From NCBI GenBank assembly GCA_050013375.1, contig JBEKFK010000001.1, positions 5,051 to 69,050 on the forward strand: 64,000 nt of DNA, in the 5' to 3' direction. Positions 10,401-17,725 of the stretch are shown here, in pieces (positions within the stretch are counted from its first letter, which is position 1; every line of letters begins with the position of its first letter). Both the position numbers and the translations under genes were made by a program. Source of the DNA: Nitrososphaerales archaeon (GTDB lineage: Archaea > Thermoproteota > Nitrososphaeria > Nitrososphaerales > Gagatemarchaeaceae). The notes beneath the pieces were generated by a model that was not told the origin of the DNA, made no database searches, and was given only the letters and a program-made list of their open reading frames with translations.

Positions 10401-11357
10401 GTCACCCAGTACACGCTGGTCCTCTCGCCGGGCCAGGACGTCTCTCTGTCAGCCACATCGCCGACACACGACGACTACTTCGACTCTGGTACCTCGCTCA
10501 CGGCAACGACCGATTACACCTGGGACGTCGTGAACAACAACACAAGGGAGAGCCTCGTCTCCTTCACGCTCGATTCGGTCGTCAGCAACATCACCAGGGC
10601 CACCTCTGGAAGCTTCACGACCCCGGCCATCGTCTTCAGCGGTCCCCAGACCCTGTCGTTCAGCTCGGTGAGCCAGGATCTGGTGATCCTTCAGTTCACG
10701 GACGGCAGCGGGACGAGCACAATCGTCCCGACCTCGGTCCAGATACAGCTCGGGAACACCTCAATCGCGAGCGTCCCTCCCTCAGGCGTTTGGCTCGACA
10801 ACGGCGTCACCTACCAGCTCTACAAGGTCGACTGGGAGGGCTCCGACGTCAAGCCCTCGGCCCAGGTCCTCTACACCGTGGCCGGGCCGGTCGACCAGAA
10901 CATCCTGGGCAGGGTCTACAGCGGGAGCGTGACGTTCACGGACTACCTGGGGCTCCCGATCTCCGGAGCGAAGGTCTCCGTGGCTCTGGCGAACGGGACC
11001 ACGATCACCATGATGACCGACAGCAAGGGCACGATCAACCTCCGCGAGATTCCGATAGGACCCTACACGGCCTCGATATCGTACCTCGGTGCCACGACGA
11101 CCGTCGACGGCAACGCCGCGCAGGCTGGTGCGGTGCACACCAAGGTCTTCGCGAGCTATCCGACCCTTGTGCTGATCGTGCTCGCGGCCGCGATAGTCAT
11201 AATCGCAGTCATGTTCGTCAGCCCCGGCAGGCGCCTCAGGAAGGCGATACCTCCCGACGCGCCGGCGCAGCACCTGACCCAGCTCTGCAGCAACTGCGGC
11301 GCCACGCTGGAGATGGGCTCGCTCCACTGTCCCGAGTGCGGGGCGCAGCAGGTCTAG
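7410..11357 (+). CDS. secreted, membrane-anchored cell-surface repeat protein (thermopsin-like N-terminal region, tentative) with C-terminal zinc ribbon
   Basis: 1315 aa with signal peptide MLARLKLPSLITLLACLVLLCAAAPAHA. The N-terminal region (HPPAMGFAQG...AYLLNGLSNKGYWYQVGVSYDW) is reminiscent of peptidase A5/thermopsin. It has two families of tandem repeats, at least 11 N-x-S/T sequons, a carboxypeptidase-regulatory-like segment (GAKVSVALANGTTITMMTDSKGTINLREIPIGPY), a TM helix (TLVLIVLAAAIVIIAVMFV) and the zinc ribbon CSNCGATLEMGSLHCPECGAQ. Confidence 0.85.
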   Translation: MLARLKLPSLITLLACLVLLCAAAPAHAQTTQATAFVHPPAMGFAQGTGTQLASTPPNAEYDEQLGTTFTQNFASLAYNVTALAQGDIYGYGPAYLLNGLSNKGYWYQVGVSYDWPLVGSGFSQGFDFNYEAFNSNGVSVFPASGGGLVPFTGTVNTGDTIGLTLSFSGVNVVMSARDYNTKATASISYSAQGATTFDGTLSSPSNSNGFFTGLMTEWYHVAPYYSSEGKVTFSSSKVTLASAWLWIDEYDPASPSWNGTFSAATAFAQSYSSAPSNLVPFSSHNAAEEGDASEFVTGTGGSLTTSITLLQAASANALTTSNGFEVYYTKNGQASTAFAQSGTLSITTDAGSPVSISSISAGSTPTERWVLDTQGGNITVATGSTATFYYYDLLLQPASYATSDGSALSNLLLDYHTAPPTASSLSSLPLVGLFVQASSQPVWAARGSQASIVGQISGKSGEQWSLPTSLWTISSADQIPSPILYYHQFYVTPGYTVTGGTPSSGTPIVTCAQYGTQVSVPIGSSNWADSGLSCRYSPTLPGSTQGERWAVPSAAAAVSQPGAVSLNYILQYSLGIAYTITGGSPNPPTVTGVSFGTSSAQPLQSSPATVWLDAGSPYSVSNPLSSSTTSERWETTGSTSGTLQGQASATFVFYQQFLMTASFSVTGGASGATAPGLSYTSFGSPTSIQLTGTGQTFWADGGVSYSVPQALTGSSSTERWITGNTQGTVQAPSSLSFGYTHQFLLSVTGAVVSTQWYNSSSTAQVSVPGISARASGSGERVASYSIDGALTTVKPTTGTVSISITMNAAHQLSINSVQQYQVTLDASAAAALSSITAPTIAGDGHWYDQGTSVTLALKGVWNRTAGAGLRLVSYSINGVPKGVSTTGTVDALSAVPISSPETVAAAATVQYRLTAGTGSIETGTAASIPGDAGWYDNGTSVTVTYYCTWNSTTGSRYNAVGYAISGIAGTTQIARSGSGTFPVQVTMVRPETVTIDSVTQYTLVLSPGQDVSLSATSPTHDDYFDSGTSLTATTDYTWDVVNNNTRESLVSFTLDSVVSNITRATSGSFTTPAIVFSGPQTLSFSSVSQDLVILQFTDGSGTSTIVPTSVQIQLGNTSIASVPPSGVWLDNGVTYQLYKVDWEGSDVKPSAQVLYTVAGPVDQNILGRVYSGSVTFTDYLGLPISGAKVSVALANGTTITMMTDSKGTINLREIPIGPYTASISYLGATTTVDGNAAQAGAVHTKVFASYPTLVLIVLAAAIVIIAVMFVSPGRRLRKAIPPDAPAQHLTQLCSNCGATLEMGSLHCPECGAQQV
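8892..9650 (+). repeat. three tandem ~83-86-aa protein repeats (TGG...W.D.G..YS...ERW...Y.QF) inside the surface protein
   Basis: Units start at 8892 (YTVTGG), 9141 (YTITGG) and 9396 (FSVTGG). Each carries S/T-x-ERW (GERW, SERW, TERW) ~50 aa in, and ends with an aromatic-x-Q-aromatic motif. Confidence 0.75.
9651..10673 (+). repeat. four tandem ~71-91-aa repeats of a second type (QY.(V/L).....G.WYD.GTSVT...W..T....VSYSI.G) inside the surface protein
   Basis: Unit boundaries are at QYQVTL (9864), QYRLTA (10137) and QYTLVL (10407), with the next module starting at 10674. The period is 267-273 nt. Confidence 0.7.
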
Positions 11358-11431
11358 GCGCCACAACTCGGACCTGCAGCTCCGGCTAAACCAGTTAGAC
11401 ATTATTAGGGGGCATCAACCAGCGCGACCAG

Positions 11432-12253
11432 ATGTCGTCTATCAGCCCGAGCACACCCGGTGAGCGAATCGGGAAGCTCCTGGAAGGTCACGTCGCGCTC
11501 ATCGGAGGAGGCACCTCGGGGATGGGCGAGACGACCGCGTGGCGCTTCGCCAGGGAGGGGGCGAAAGTGGCCCTGCACTTCTCCGGCTCGACGCCGAACT
11601 CTGTGGCGAAGGCCGAGCGGATCGTCGACGAGCTCACAAAGTCCGGCTTCGAGGCGATTAGCATCAGGGCCGACGTCACCAAGTACGAGGACGTCAGGCG
11701 CGCCGTGGACTCGGTGGCGTCGAGGTGGGGGAAGATCACCTCGGTTGTCGACTTCGCGGGGCTCCCCTCGTCCCTCGAGTTCTGGCAGGAGGACCCCCTG
11801 GAACTCTCCGATGAGGCTCTGATGAGCGCGATAGGGATCGACTTCATGGGGTCGTACCACTTCATCAGGGCGGCCAAGGACTACATGAAGAAGGAGCACT
11901 ACGGCAAGATAGTCCTGATCAGCTCCAGCCCGACCATCTACGGCGACGACGCAGGCTACAGGTACATCCTGGCCAAGGACCTCAACAGGATGACCGTAAA
12001 GTCCCTCGCCACGAAGCTCGTCCGGGAGTACGGCATAGCCCTGAACGCCATAGCCCCCGGGACGGTCGACACTCCCGCCAACAGGGTGAACTACACCGAG
12101 GACGGGTGGGAGGAGCTCGTCGGGGCGATACCCATAGGCCGGGCCGGCCTGCCAGACGAGATAGCAGGTGTGGCGCTCTTTCTGTGTTCTCACCTGTCAG
12201 ATTTCGTCGTTGGTCAGACCATCATAGCTGACGGCGGAGAGATCAGGCAGTAG
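11432..12253 (+). CDS. SDR-family oxidoreductase
   Basis: GGGTSGMGETTA (TGxxxGxG-type), catalytic YILAK (YxxxK), IAPGTVDTP. Confidence 0.85.
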   Translation: MSSISPSTPGERIGKLLEGHVALIGGGTSGMGETTAWRFAREGAKVALHFSGSTPNSVAKAERIVDELTKSGFEAISIRADVTKYEDVRRAVDSVASRWGKITSVVDFAGLPSSLEFWQEDPLELSDEALMSAIGIDFMGSYHFIRAAKDYMKKEHYGKIVLISSSPTIYGDDAGYRYILAKDLNRMTVKSLATKLVREYGIALNAIAPGTVDTPANRVNYTEDGWEELVGAIPIGRAGLPDEIAGVALFLCSHLSDFVVGQTIIADGGEIRQ

Positions 12254-12290
12254 GCTTCCGAAGAATCCCCCGCGTGTCCGCCGTAGCTTC

Positions 12291-12686
12291 TCAGCCAGGC
12301 ACCCAGTTTTCTGGGTCGTACTCCCTGTAGTCCAGCAGGAGCTCCTCGCCTCTCTTGATCGGGCCGACAGCGAGCAACCTGGCCGTTCTCGTCTCGATGT
12401 CGATCGAGAATCTGACGTTGGGTGGCTGGCCGTGGTCCAAGAAGTTGGACCAGTACTCGCCGCTCCCCTCGTCCGCCTCATCCCAGAACAACCGCCGTCC
12501 ATCCGGCGTCCTCCCGATGATGAGGGCCCACCTCTTCCAGGGAGGGGACTTTGGGGTGGTCGTGACGAGCATCTCCGGCATCAGGCAGAGAAGCTCCCCG
12601 CGTGCGAGGTCCCTGAGGGCGAACACGCCTCGGCCGTGAGGACATTTCCTGACCTCGAGGAGACCCTCTACCCTTTCGCCAGCCAA
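12291..12686 (-). CDS. minimal SET-domain protein (putative protein lysine methyltransferase)
   Basis: 131 aa. GRGVFALRDLARGELL (N-SET GxG), YWSNFLDHGQPPNV (NHSCxPN-like) and IKRGEELLLDYREY (GEELxxDY). Confidence 0.8.
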   Translation of the reverse strand: MAGERVEGLLEVRKCPHGRGVFALRDLARGELLCLMPEMLVTTTPKSPPWKRWALIIGRTPDGRRLFWDEADEGSGEYWSNFLDHGQPPNVRFSIDIETRTARLLAVGPIKRGEELLLDYREYDPENWVPG

Positions 12687-12753
12687 AGCCCCATCAGCCG
12701 TCCTCGAGAAAGGGAGTGGGACTAAAGGAACAGCGACGGGTGTCTCTCAACCT

Positions 12754-13272
12754 CTACCCGACCAGCCCGAGGTCTTTCATGAAGTCGTCGTTCCAGCCGA
12801 AATCCGCACCTCGCAGCTCGGCCCTTCCAAGGAACCTCAGTTGTTTCCACCATGGGAGCTTCTTGACCGACCCTGCGAAGTCGGCCTCGTAGACGAACAC
12901 GAGGTCCCAGTGCATGTTCCCGGGGTACCATTCGCTCGGCGTGGCATAGGAGAGGACGCGGGATGAGGTCGCCCTGAATCCGTCGATTCGCAGCTGGTCT
13001 CCCATGACGCGTCCCAGCGCCTGGTCGGGGTGCTCGCCCTCAAGGAGGTAGCCCGCGGGGAGCCGCCACCGTTTGAATTCCGCGTCGAGGTCCTCCTTCG
13101 AGTAGATGCCCCAGTTGGGGACCCACTCTGAGATCCACTTCTTCTTCATGTTGGGGACGCCCATCAGGACCCTCCCGCCGCGTCTTACTATCGCGAAGAC
13201 GCTGATGCACATGCCGCCTCCCGTTGCCGGAGGGTACCGGTCTGTGGGTCCGAAGACGGCGAATCTCCGCAT
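12754..13272 (-). CDS. Nudix-fold protein with degenerate Nudix box
   Basis: 172 aa. GYLLEGEHPDQALGRVMGDQL occupies the Gx5Ex7REUxEExGU position but lacks the REUxEE glutamates. Paralogous to 17050..17622 (shared GGMC(I/L)S.F, W.(L/I)P, HWD(L/V).F). Confidence 0.7.
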   Translation of the reverse strand: MRRFAVFGPTDRYPPATGGGMCISVFAIVRRGGRVLMGVPNMKKKWISEWVPNWGIYSKEDLDAEFKRWRLPAGYLLEGEHPDQALGRVMGDQLRIDGFRATSSRVLSYATPSEWYPGNMHWDLVFVYEADFAGSVKKLPWWKQLRFLGRAELRGADFGWNDDFMKDLGLVG

Positions 13273-13276
13273 GCGC

Positions 13277-13429
13277 TCAGACCCTGTTTACGACCGCCAT
13301 GTTGATGCTCTGGAGCTCACGGATGACAGTCCTGAGCAGATCCTGGATCTGCTGGAGTTCCTGAGTCTGGAGCAACAATGCCTTCTCGACGTAGAGGTCG
13401 TGGTCGGTCTTCGGTTGTGGCGCGCTCAT
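13277..13429 (-). CDS. small coiled-coil-like hypothetical protein (50 aa), below ORF-track cutoff
   Basis: MSAPQPKTDHDLYVEKALLLQTQELQQIQDLLRTVIRELQSINMAVVNRV. GC3 bias is strong. The stop lies 4 nt upstream of the Nudix-like gene start, which is an operon-like arrangement. Confidence 0.5.
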   Translation of the reverse strand: MSAPQPKTDHDLYVEKALLLQTQELQQIQDLLRTVIRELQSINMAVVNRV

Positions 13430-13788
13430 GCGGAAACGTGCGGCGGCCCCACACTTATCTCTGATTCGCTGGACAAGCGCCGAGAGCCGAAGGCTTGCGG
13501 GATGATCAGCATCACGCCATCGTCATCCGGCACCCTGTCCGTTCCAAAGAAGATGGTAAAAGGGTCTCAGTTCTGTCTAGACTCAGAGGTCATCGTCGTC
13601 GATGTCCTCATCCAATCCGTCCGCGTCGTAGTCTGCTTCATACTCGTCATCGTCCAACTCACCGATTTCGAGCGACATTACCTCGGGCCGTATCGCGGTC
13701 TTCACTTAAGCTTTCGCGCGGGGAGATCCGTCAGGATGTCAGTGGAAGAAGGAATGGTGCGATGCGCGGGTCGAGCGCGCGACTCTCC

Positions 13789-14436
13789 TCATCTGCCGAT
13801 CAGCTCCGTGAGCAGTCGCCTCTCGGCCCTCCTCCTGTGGTTGATCAGGGTCGAGCTCCCGACCTTCATTCTCTTGGCCAGCTCGAGCGAGCTTATCCTC
13901 CTGGGCTCGTCGTAGTAGCCCAGCCTGTATGCCGTGACCAGGACCCTCCGCTGCTTCTCGGTGAGCCTGCTCAGCGGCGAGGAGACCGGGAACTTGGCGT
14001 CCGAGATCCTCGCTATCTTGTACCTGATCCCGGTCTTCTCGATGCCCTCGAGGAAGGCCCTGACCTGCTTGGCGCCTCCGAGGTAGGACATCCTCGCCCT
14101 TCCGTCCCTTATCTCGAACGGGACCGAGAGGTATCCTCCGGCGGAGAGCGGGTCGAACTGGATTCCCGGGTGCGACGCTGGCTTGCTCTTGATGAAGTAG
14201 ATGTAGGCCCCGTCCTTTTCGTGGTCGAGCATCTGGAGCTCGAGTATCTCGTCGTCGATGAAGTCCTCGACCCTGGAGGTCCGGTCTCCGAACTCGATCC
14301 TGAAGATCGCGGCGAACTCCTCCGGGCCGTCCTTGAGGAACTGCAGAATCTCGAGGCTCTTGATCTTCTCGAGCATGGGGTTGTTCTCGAACTTGCTCAT
14401 CTCGTCGAGGTCCAGTTCTATCGTTACCCTGCGCAT
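13789..14436 (-). CDS. HTH_10 (Bat-type) helix-turn-helix transcriptional regulator
   Basis: The C-terminal LTEKQRRVLVTAYRLGYYDEPRRISSLELAKRMKVGSSTLINHRRRAERRLL is the archaeal HTH_10 signature. Confidence 0.85.
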   Translation of the reverse strand: MRRVTIELDLDEMSKFENNPMLEKIKSLEILQFLKDGPEEFAAIFRIEFGDRTSRVEDFIDDEILELQMLDHEKDGAYIYFIKSKPASHPGIQFDPLSAGGYLSVPFEIRDGRARMSYLGGAKQVRAFLEGIEKTGIRYKIARISDAKFPVSSPLSRLTEKQRRVLVTAYRLGYYDEPRRISSLELAKRMKVGSSTLINHRRRAERRLLTELIGR

Positions 14437-14481
14437 ATCGCGTCGTCAGTATCCGCCACGTATAGGCATTATTGCAGATAG

Positions 14482-14495
14482 GCGCGTATACGCGC
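14482..14495. promoter_or_regulatory. perfect 14-bp palindrome GCGCGTATACGCGC in divergent promoter region (candidate operator)
   Basis: It sits in the 96-nt spacer between the HTH_10 regulator (minus) and the DHA2 MFS gene (plus), centred on TATA. Confidence 0.4.
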
Positions 14496-14532
14496 TATAA
14501 CGCTAATCTTGGCTGCCCGGCCCGCATGATTC

Positions 14533-16143
14533 ATGGAAGCCACCGGGGGGTCTGCTCCAGAGGCCGCGGCGGAGACCGCAAAGGCTAGGGACCCATCCAC
14601 ATCCCAGCACCTCACGGGTCCAGCAGCGATACTCGTCCTCGTCGGGGTCTTCCTCGCCATCCTGATGGGCGCGATGGACGGCCTCGTCGTGGCGACCGTC
14701 CTCCCAACGATAGCCCTGGACCTGCACCAGGTGAACGGCGTCACGTTCGTGGCTGGCGGTTACCTGATATCCTCGACCATCTCGATTCCGATCTTCGCGA
14801 GGGTCTCGGACATCTCGAGCAGGCGCAACGTGTTCATCGTGGGCCTCGCAATCTTCATCGTGGGCTCCGCGCTCGCGGGCCTCAGCCAGAACCTCAGCGA
14901 ACTGATAGCGTTCCGTGCCATACAGGGGTTCGGCGGCGGGGGCGTCTTCCCCGTCGCCATAGCGATGATCGCGGTGCTCTTCCCTCCTGAGACCCGGTCG
15001 CGGGTCATCGGAGTGATCAGCGGGGCGGCCGGGCTCGCCATCGTCATCGGCCCAGTCGTGGGGAGCTACATCGTCTCGGTGACTACCTGGCGGTGGGTCT
15101 TCTACATCAACCTCCCCTTCGGCATAGGGGCTGCGATAGTGCTCCTGCTGTTCCTGAAGCCGCTGCGTCCGACGAATCCAGGCAGCTTCGACCTCCCGGG
15201 GGCGGGGCTGCTCTCGAGCTGGGTGGGCGCCCTGATGTTCGCCCTCGTCGAGGTCTCCGACGAAGGGATGAGCTGGGCGAATCCTCTGATCGTCTCGCTG
15301 CTGGGTGCTTCTGCGGTGCTCTTCGCCGTCTTCCTTTGGTGGGAACTCCGGGTACCTGAGCCGCTCGTCCCCCTCCGACTGATGGGACAGCGCACCATCG
15401 CGGCGACGAGCGGAGTCATGTTCTTCACCGGGATAGTGTTCAGCGCCCTGATTACGTTCCTCTCGGTCTTTGTCGGAATCGTCCTGCTGCACAGCGGTCC
15501 GAACGCGGCGAACGACGTCCGGGACATCATCTACTTCCTTGCTGTTCCGCTGATCATGGGGGCGGCGCTCTCGGGCCAGCTCCTGACCAGGATCCCATAC
15601 CGGAACGTGATCGTGCCCGGGCTCGCTGTGGCTTCTGTCGCGGCGCTCTTCCTGACGCAGCTGACGCCCTCCACTCAGCTCTGGGTGCTTGCGGACGGGT
15701 TCCTGCCTGTAGGCGGGCTCGCTCTCCCTCTGATCCCTCTCGGGTTCGGCCTCGGGTTCTCCCTCGCCGGCCCGACCATAGCGGTACAGAACGAGGCTCC
15801 GACGGACAAGGTGGGCGCCGCCATCGGTCTCACGCGCTTCCTCTCGAGCCTCGGGGCCGCGCTCGGGATCTCGCTCCTGACGGCCTTCGAGACGTGGCGC
15901 TATGCGGCCCTGGCGAATGGCACCACTTCCCCCGCCGCCTCTCTGAGCGCACTCGTGACTACCTACAACGAGATCTTCCTCATACTCGCAATCTTCATCA
16001 TCGTCTCCTTCGGGTTCGGTCTGTTCTTCAGAGGGAGGGTTCCGAAGAAGTCCACACAGAGTGTGCCCGCAGTCACCTCGCTTGGTCCGGCACCCGAGAC
16101 CGCCAACGCGCGACCTGAGTCCCGCGAGGGCGCTAGTTCCTGA
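14533..16143 (+). CDS. MFS transporter, DHA2 (EmrB/QacA-like, 14-TMS) drug:H+ antiporter family
   Basis: 536 aa with about 14 hydrophobic segments and motifs LDGLVVATVLPTIALDL and FRAIQGFGGGG, typical of DHA2. Confidence 0.85.
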   Translation: MEATGGSAPEAAAETAKARDPSTSQHLTGPAAILVLVGVFLAILMGAMDGLVVATVLPTIALDLHQVNGVTFVAGGYLISSTISIPIFARVSDISSRRNVFIVGLAIFIVGSALAGLSQNLSELIAFRAIQGFGGGGVFPVAIAMIAVLFPPETRSRVIGVISGAAGLAIVIGPVVGSYIVSVTTWRWVFYINLPFGIGAAIVLLLFLKPLRPTNPGSFDLPGAGLLSSWVGALMFALVEVSDEGMSWANPLIVSLLGASAVLFAVFLWWELRVPEPLVPLRLMGQRTIAATSGVMFFTGIVFSALITFLSVFVGIVLLHSGPNAANDVRDIIYFLAVPLIMGAALSGQLLTRIPYRNVIVPGLAVASVAALFLTQLTPSTQLWVLADGFLPVGGLALPLIPLGFGLGFSLAGPTIAVQNEAPTDKVGAAIGLTRFLSSLGAALGISLLTAFETWRYAALANGTTSPAASLSALVTTYNEIFLILAIFIIVSFGFGLFFRGRVPKKSTQSVPAVTSLGPAPETANARPESREGASS

Positions 16144-16987
16144 CGTAACCGGCGCACAGCATCCCGAAGTAGTTGGCGACCTCGTAGGAGTAGAGCCTTC
16201 CCTTCATCGGGACCTCCTCCAGGACGCCCGCGAGCATGACCATCTGCCACAGGCTGTCGGGCCTGGCCTCGTCCACCATGGAAGGCCTGAACTTCATGAT
16301 GTCGGCGAGCCTGCCACCCTCGATCGCCTCCACTACCTTCCCGTCGTAGACCGCCGCGTTCTTGGAGTAGCCGTAGGGTCCACTTTTGTCGTGGGTGTGG
16401 GCCTGGTCGGAGCTGGCGACGAAGGCGACCCGCTTCCCGGACCTCTCCGCCAGCTGCGCGACCTTCACGCCGAAGCCGTAGTTCTGCTTCAGCCGAATCT
16501 CTCGTGACGGGGTCACTATGACGATCTTGCTTGTGAGCCCGTTGAGCTTCAGGAAGAACCAGAGCGGGATCAGCGTGCCCCAGTCCATGGCGAGGTTCGA
16601 GAGAGGGCCGGACGCCGTCCCGTAGTTCGCCCCGACCACCGGGATGTGCGCCCGCTCCGCGGCCGAGACAAGCTCCGACGCCATCTCGGTGTCGCACTTG
16701 GCCTCAAGCGCTATCGACCTGTCCCCTACTCCAACCCTGCCGGACGAGTTCTCGGCCGTCACCACCCCGATCCTGCCTACCAGCCTGAGGTTGTGAGGGG
16801 TCGCAATCACTATGGTATCCGGAGCGGCGCTCTTCATCTCGGCCGCCAGCTTTGCCATGCCCTTGGCCGTCTCGACGGCGAAGCCCGGCTTGTCCCCGGC
16901 GAGTTCCCGGACCATCTCGTCCCCGTGGGGGGCGATGCACGCATAGACCAGAGGCAACGCCGGGAACTGGGGCCCGAACCTATTCAA
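16133..16987 (-). CDS. class III extradiol dioxygenase (LigB/MEMO-like) family protein
   Basis: CIAPHGDE, VIATPHN and VASSDQAHTHD are histidine motifs in the LigB-fold arrangement. The specific activity is unknown. Confidence 0.65.
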   Translation of the reverse strand: MNRFGPQFPALPLVYACIAPHGDEMVRELAGDKPGFAVETAKGMAKLAAEMKSAAPDTIVIATPHNLRLVGRIGVVTAENSSGRVGVGDRSIALEAKCDTEMASELVSAAERAHIPVVGANYGTASGPLSNLAMDWGTLIPLWFFLKLNGLTSKIVIVTPSREIRLKQNYGFGVKVAQLAERSGKRVAFVASSDQAHTHDKSGPYGYSKNAAVYDGKVVEAIEGGRLADIMKFRPSMVDEARPDSLWQMVMLAGVLEEVPMKGRLYSYEVANYFGMLCAGYVRN

Positions 16988-17049
16988 ACGTTCCTTCCGA
17001 CGGCCCCTTCGAAGCAGATTAATCCTGGTGCGTCAGCTCCGTCCAAGCG

Positions 17050-17622
17050 ATGACCACCGACCGACGGTTCGCGCGCTTCAACGCCGGGAAGTCTACAGCC
17101 ACGGGTCAGCCCGATGTGAGCACTCTGACCCAGCGCCAGGTACCGGAGGGCGGGATGTGCCTCTCGGCATTCGTGGTGCTCACCGAGGCCGGGTACCCCA
17201 ACTGGGTCGTCCTGGGGCGCCTCAACCCCGAGGCAGCGTGGGACCACATAGGCGCACTCGACCCCGAGCGAACGGAGGTGCACTCGAAGGGATGGATGAT
17301 TCCGTCGTCCCACCTGCTTCTCGGTGAAGCGCCACAGGACGCGGCCAGACGCATACTTTGGGAGCAGCTTGACCTCAAGGGCGTTCCGCTCACCGAGCCC
17401 TCTGTCGTGTCGGAGAGCTACACGCCCAGGCGATTCCCAGACCTCCCCAGCCACTGGGACGTGGAATTCATCTTCAGGGGAGAGATCCCCACGGCCAAGC
17501 TCCCAAAGACGCCCGCCTGGACGGAGCTCGCCTTCGTGGACGTGAGTCGCACGCGGAAATCTGAGATGGCAAGGTCACACGAGGACATCCTCGAGTCCGC
17601 AGGGTTCATGTTCGCAGAGTAG
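17050..17622 (+). CDS. Nudix-fold protein with degenerate Nudix box (paralog of 12754..13272)
   Basis: GGMCLSAFVVL, WMIPSSHLLLGEAPQDAARRILWEQL and HWDVEFIF align with the other copy. Confidence 0.7.
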   Translation: MTTDRRFARFNAGKSTATGQPDVSTLTQRQVPEGGMCLSAFVVLTEAGYPNWVVLGRLNPEAAWDHIGALDPERTEVHSKGWMIPSSHLLLGEAPQDAARRILWEQLDLKGVPLTEPSVVSESYTPRRFPDLPSHWDVEFIFRGEIPTAKLPKTPAWTELAFVDVSRTRKSEMARSHEDILESAGFMFAE

Positions 17623-17725
17623 CCCGCGCACGGCTAGCTTCAAGCCGTGAAGGGAGGGCCTGCGACCCTCTACGAACGGCCGAACCAAACCCTTATTGAT
17701 TTGGCCGCCGCGTTATCGCAACGGC

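Noticed and set aside
13583-13678. 31-aa extremely acidic minus-strand ORF (MSLEIGELDDDEYEADYDADGLDEDIDDDDL) between the HTH_10 gene and the coiled-coil ORF.
   Set aside because: It is too short and low-complexity to support as a gene from sequence alone, and its GC3 bias is only moderate. It is worth a look only if Ribo-seq exists.
13106-13915. 269-aa plus-strand ORF spanning the Nudix-like gene, the intergenic region and the HTH_10 gene end.
   Set aside because: It overlaps three better-supported minus-strand features and has no motif. Its composition is inconsistent along its length.
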